Shown here: piece by piece, positions 60,211-64,000 of the stretch
Position numbering within the stretch: position 1 is the stretch's first letter
How the letters are laid out: each line of letters begins with the position of its first letter
From: Hydrolagus affinis
Lineage: Eukaryota
DNA length: 64,000 nt
Reading direction: 5' to 3'
Assembly: GCA_012026655.1 (NCBI GenBank)
Contig: JAAILG010001240.1
Coordinates: 1-64,000, forward strand
Translations under genes and position numbers: made by a program
The notes under the pieces: generated by a model
Seen by the model: the letters and a program-made list of their open reading frames with translations, nothing else
Database searches by the model: none
What the model was told of the DNA's origin: nothing

Positions 60211-60519
60211 TGCAACTGTAATTTACATCTGCCACTGATTCATTTCTGGAACTGAATTCTTAATTTCCACTTGTTGCTATACAGGCATGATAACTTGATC
60301 CAGAACACTATATTTTAAGAAGCAAAATACATCAATAAGGCATTTTGAAACCACTAACTAGAGGTTTGGCAAAATAATTCATTTTGTACCATTAAACTGT
60401 TCTGAATGGCTCTTGTCTAATTATTACAATGCTTTAGACTAGATATCAAACATGTAGTTATTTCAATAGTCATTCATTCAAAGAAGGATCAAGTTGTACT
60501 GTATTCATTCAGGCTGCTC

Positions 60520-61322
60520 AAAACTGGTTTATGCAACTTTATTAAGGAAAAACACAATGACGATGAGCTATTAGTTGATCAGTCTACCACAAACAGATTT
60601 GAATCATAATTCAGTGCCATGTAAAACAGTGCCGTGGAAAACAGATTAACTAATAGTTCTATTTTTTTTTAAAAAGCAGTACTTTAAGTGAAATTTACAA
60701 AATTATCTGACCTAGTTTTCTGGGAGAGGAAGGAAGATTGAGACAGTAAGTTCCACTTCCGTTCTGTGTAGAACCAACAAAAACCTTCAGTCATTCCTTT
60801 TATTAACATGCATAAAATACAGCATATATTTTAATTAATGCCGATGCTATAACATTCTGCCAATCACCATCAATAACCAAGTTATGAGCATAAAGTAAAT
60901 CATGGAAACTAAAATGTTATTTATCAAGGGAAAATGAAAGAAGCTGTAGCAACACCACAGCAATCCTTTAAGGATAGAGTTTAACTGCTGCTGCATCCAA
61001 TTTCAAGTACAAATCAGCACTTTGTTACAGCAATGAGGAATGCATCATAACCAAGTTATTATGAAGGTACTGGCCACTTAACACATGCTCCATTTATAAA
61101 AGGTCAGAATTCCAGATGATTGATGAAACTACATTAAAAATTCATAAAGCTGGTCTTGTCCAAGCAGTAGTACATCGTCTTCTCACGAGAGCATGTGGAT
61201 TGGGAGTGGAGGGGGTGGGGGGCAAATATGTCTTACATATGGGGGCAGCCAAATAGGAAAACCAGAGAAAATCTGTAATTTAAACTTTATTCCAGCTATA
61301 ATGTATTTCAAATTCCAAGGTA
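60520..61322 (-). other. UBE2D3: UBE2D3 3' UTR (approximate extent)
   Basis: Repeat-free sequence after the stop, including cattatagctggAATAAAgtttaaattac (proximal hexamer 61287-61292); further minus-strand AATAAA near 60800 and 60540. Confidence 0.55.
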
Positions 61323-61368
61323 TCACATTGCATACTTCTGAGTCCATTCCCGAGCTATTCTGTTGTAC
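61323..61368 (-). CDS. UBE2D3: Ubiquitin-conjugating enzyme E2 D, last coding exon
   Basis: cttctgttgcag|G TAC AAC AGA ATA GCT CGG GAA TGG ACT CAG AAG TAT GCA ATG TGA = YNRIAREWTQKYAM*, the UBE2D C-terminus. Paralog assignment (D3) rests on NFKB1-MANBA synteny. Upstream exons lie beyond the window. Confidence 0.9.
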
Positions 61369-63502
61369 CTGCAACAGAAGATAAAGGGAGTCAATAAAAT
61401 TTATTCACTTCAATTGAATATTGTCAATAACAGAGATGAACAAAACTCAAAATGAACACAGGAATGACTACAAAGGAAATAGCTAACTGAAGTGTCAATA
61501 CATGGCACTAGATGTTCGCAATTACAATTACCCATCTTATCTATACTACAATAGCAACAGTGGAATACTGCACATAAGCAACAACTAACTGAAGTGCATC
61601 ATATTTTCCTGGACAAAACAGATAGGGAAAGATCAAGGAAAGATCAGAGGATATAACTTCACCTGAAACAAAACCTCACTGGGGGAGAAGAGGAAATGGA
61701 AAACCTCCAACCAAAGAGTAGTTTCAAAGCAAATTTAAAACAATTAAAGCTAACAATCAGTCACACTCAATTACAAGATGCAAAAATCTTTTGTGGAGTC
61801 CATCATGAAACAATCATGCAGCTTTCACCACGGAATTAGAGAAAACAAAATCTCAGGAACTGCATACAATACACACAATAGAGTGGATTATCTTGTTCAT
61901 TAATCTTTGTAACGTCACCGAAGTTTTACAGATGGCTATTCGGCCCACCGAGTCATGTTCTTATATTAATTTCAGAAAAGGGGATTTTTAAAAAAAATAT
62001 CCAGTGTTGTACACAAAGTTAATTTTGGTAAATACTTCAACTTCTACATATTTAATAGAGCAGGAACAGGCAACTTCACTGCAAGGTAACCGCTGCAGCG
62101 TGATCAAATTCTATCATTCAGATTCCAAGGGTTCTAAAGGTCAAAAAGTACATTAAATGGTATGCACTTCAAAAACGTGATTTGGCTTTAAAATCCATTC
62201 CACTACACCTCTACTGCGATATAAGTAAAGACACCAACACTACAGCACACAGTTTTATAAATTAGGTGATCAGTGTAACAATCAGGCTATGCTGAGTTAG
62301 CTTCCAGATCTGCTGTTATAACTGGAATCACCATCTCTGCGGTGGTGGGCGGAGGGGGAAATATTCTGTTATTATTAAAGCATCCTACCAGAGGGTGCTT
62401 ATAGTGGAATACCTATAATCGTAGTTTAAGATGATTTAACATTATATTCCACAGATCAAACATTCAGATAGCTAAAACAAAATGACAAAGTAAAAGCAAC
62501 TATAGCAACACAACATGGAAGTTGCTACAGCTACTAGTACAATTGTAGATTCATGTCATTCTATTCAGTGCTAAGCTTCATAAGTTACTAAATTTGTTCA
62601 ATTCAATGTTTAACTGAACTATATAAACAGAATAGCAAGTATACAAAATAATCTCCAACTATTACTTATGCTGTACCATCAGTTCTAAATGTATAAGCAT
62701 CTCACTGGAGTTCATTCTATCCTACATTACTTTCCAGATTTTGGAATCTCATTACAAGCTTGAAATAAACTGACTGAAAGAAAAGCTTTAGTTTTGCATC
62801 ATTCCTGTGTTTCTAACCTGCCTTAAACACACATAATCATTGAGACTGCAAAAAAATGAAACAAAATTAAAGGCAGGAGAGGACTTTTTTTTTAAAAAGA
62901 ATGCGTTAAGAAAAACACATTCTGTACATCAAGCCTGCCTCTTTCAGACCCACAAACTATTCCATTATTCGTTTCACTCCCAAAATCTCAACGTAATGAA
63001 ATTTAAAACCTCCAGTCTATTGTCCAATCACCAATATTCAACTGAGGCAACATCTCTCACCACCCCCACCCCAACATAAATCATATTGCTCCTTGAGTTC
63101 TCATTTTATTTTGCAACTATCTTTATATTCAATACTCTTCACAATGAGTTAAAAGTGTATCCATTCTTTTTTGTTGAAGTCTTGTGATATATCTTCCTTT
63201 ATTAGGAACAAGTGGGAGAAGGTAAGAAATGCAAAATAATTTAAATACAATTATTTTAACAATCAGTAAGGCATGCTCTGTCAGTGAGGGGAAATGTGGC
63301 AGAAATTAAACAGCATTGCAGAATTCATCAAAAAGGCTCAAACATTCAACTTTATTTTGACAGTTACATGCACATATAAAAGATCCTCACAGCAAAGAAA
63401 TTAAACTTCCCTTGGCAGAATGAGCATGGCACTATACATATAGCAAGTTAGGATTCCGTACTTTATTTCCTAAAATAGCATACTTACAGAATTTAATTCT
63501 TC

Positions 63503-63958
63503 AATAACAAATTACATTTGTATGGTGCCTATCACACTGGGAGGTCATTCCAAAGCTCTGGACAGTCAGGGATTTGGACCAGAGTAGAGGCTTTGGATCA
63601 GGAGGGTTGCAGATCAGGTGGAGGAGGGTGGCTGAAGAGGAGGGCCAGAGATGCGCCTTGAAGGAGGCAAGGGAGGGAACGAGGCAAAGGGACTGCGAGG
63701 TGGAGTTCCAAAGGGTGAGGGCAAGGAGGCTGAAGACCTGACCACAGGTGGTAGGGCAGGCCAGAGATGTGGAGCAAGCCAGAGCCTACTGAGCGAAGTG
63801 TTTGATATGGGATTAGTAGGTCATAGAGGTAGGAAGGAGCAAGACTACGGATGGGGTAAGGCCATGGAGGTCTTTTGACAGAAAGGATGAGGATTTTGAA
63901 CTCTATCCTCTGGGATATGGGGAGCCAGTCCAGGGTGGGAGTGAAGTGATGGGTCACA
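63503..63958 (-). mobile_element. L2 LINE 3' end
   Basis: TPTLDWLPISQRIEFKILIL..LAPSYLYDLL remnant. Confidence 0.8.
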
Positions 63959-64000
63959 GTGCTTGGTATGGGATAAATTATTCAATCGAATAAAGTTTAA

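Noticed and set aside
63135-63232. Minus-strand pyrimidine tract + AG followed by a short frame containing gaatgg, as a candidate alternative UBE2D3 last exon
   Set aside because: The EW codons are out of phase with the expected acceptor and the peptide does not resemble YNRxAREWT.

Overview
Vertebrate genomic DNA, most likely a cartilaginous fish (chimaera/elephant-shark-like repeat content; the taxon is an inference). It covers the NFKB1-MANBA-UBE2D3 syntenic block. It contains the last two coding exons and 3' UTR of NFKB1 (p105; + strand, death-domain end and DSGVETS degron), the complete 17-exon lysosomal beta-mannosidase gene MANBA (- strand, 52687 to 4996, 2652 nt CDS, 883 aa, all introns GT-AG), and the terminal exon and 3' UTR of a UBE2D-family gene (- strand, UBE2D3 by synteny). 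Introns are dense with tRNA-head/Deu-domain SINEs, L2 and CR1 LINE 3' ends, and Tc1/mariner and hAT MITEs. There are two assembly gaps. Most ORFs in the supplied track are repeat-derived or spurious. The most notable observations are: (1) a palindromic Penelope-derived insertion with a 13-bp TSD carrying an intact minimal hammerhead ribozyme on the MANBA sense strand; (2) a ~97%-identical ~320-bp copy of the NFKB1 3' UTR lying antisense inside MANBA intron 11 next to a gap; (3) an in-frame TAG in the NFKB1 tail followed by 15 still-homologous codons; (4) a strong CTCF site plus CRE-half-site CpG cluster in the last MANBA intron. Family assignments come from motif recognition, not database searches.
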